Positions 63,921 to 64,000 of a stretch of DNA of 64,000 nt are shown one piece after another. The stretch comes from Octopus sinensis. Its lineage: Eukaryota. The stretch's first letter is position 1. Each line of letters starts with the position of its first letter. The DNA lies in assembly GCF_006345805.1 (NCBI RefSeq), contig NC_043000.1, positions 74,338,001-74,402,000 of the forward strand, in the 5' to 3' direction. The notes beneath the pieces are model-generated. The model did no database searches and was not told the origin of the DNA. It was given only the letters and a program-made list of their open reading frames with translations. The position numbers were made by a program, and so were the translations under genes.

Positions 63921-64000
63921 TTCTCTAGATACAACTTAGCTTTTCTACAAGTAATATTAGGGTTGCCTATCAAATTGTTATTTTTAGTAAAAGCCTTGTT

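Overview
AT-rich animal genomic DNA. The SINE/LINE repertoire, (TA)n microsatellites and GC-rich, expanded rRNA sequence suggest a cephalopod, probably Octopus (inference). Bases 1-32 kb hold the last exons of a + strand gene (8799-8942, 9586-9680, 15957-16063, 19456-19555, tentative terminal exon 31459-31495). They splice in frame, and the product resembles the C-terminus of condensin II subunit NCAPG2. The introns and flanks carry decayed RTE, Tx1-like and Dong/R4-like LINEs, Tc1/mariner elements, MITEs, SINEs and a 4.7 kb 43/79/122 bp satellite. Bases 32-50 kb hold an intronless decayed EXD1-like copy next to a degenerate Penelope element, plus Helitron and Gypsy fragments. Several hammerhead-ribozyme-like motifs are scattered through 1-42 kb, one a clean U3-A8 variant. 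Bases 50-64 kb are a rearranged rDNA orphon. A 28S piece starts at a scarred R2 target site, and a second 28S piece has that site deleted. A ~7.9 kb chimeric unit follows: IGS/ETS with candidate Pol I start motifs, a ~225 nt 'mini-18S' (5' end fused to 3' end), AT-rich foldback-like DNA with a Penelope GIY-YIG relic, a ~535 bp spacer-less palindrome and a CR1 fragment. The unit begins again at 59699 and runs off the window end. Family and gene assignments come from recognising motifs by eye; no searches were run.
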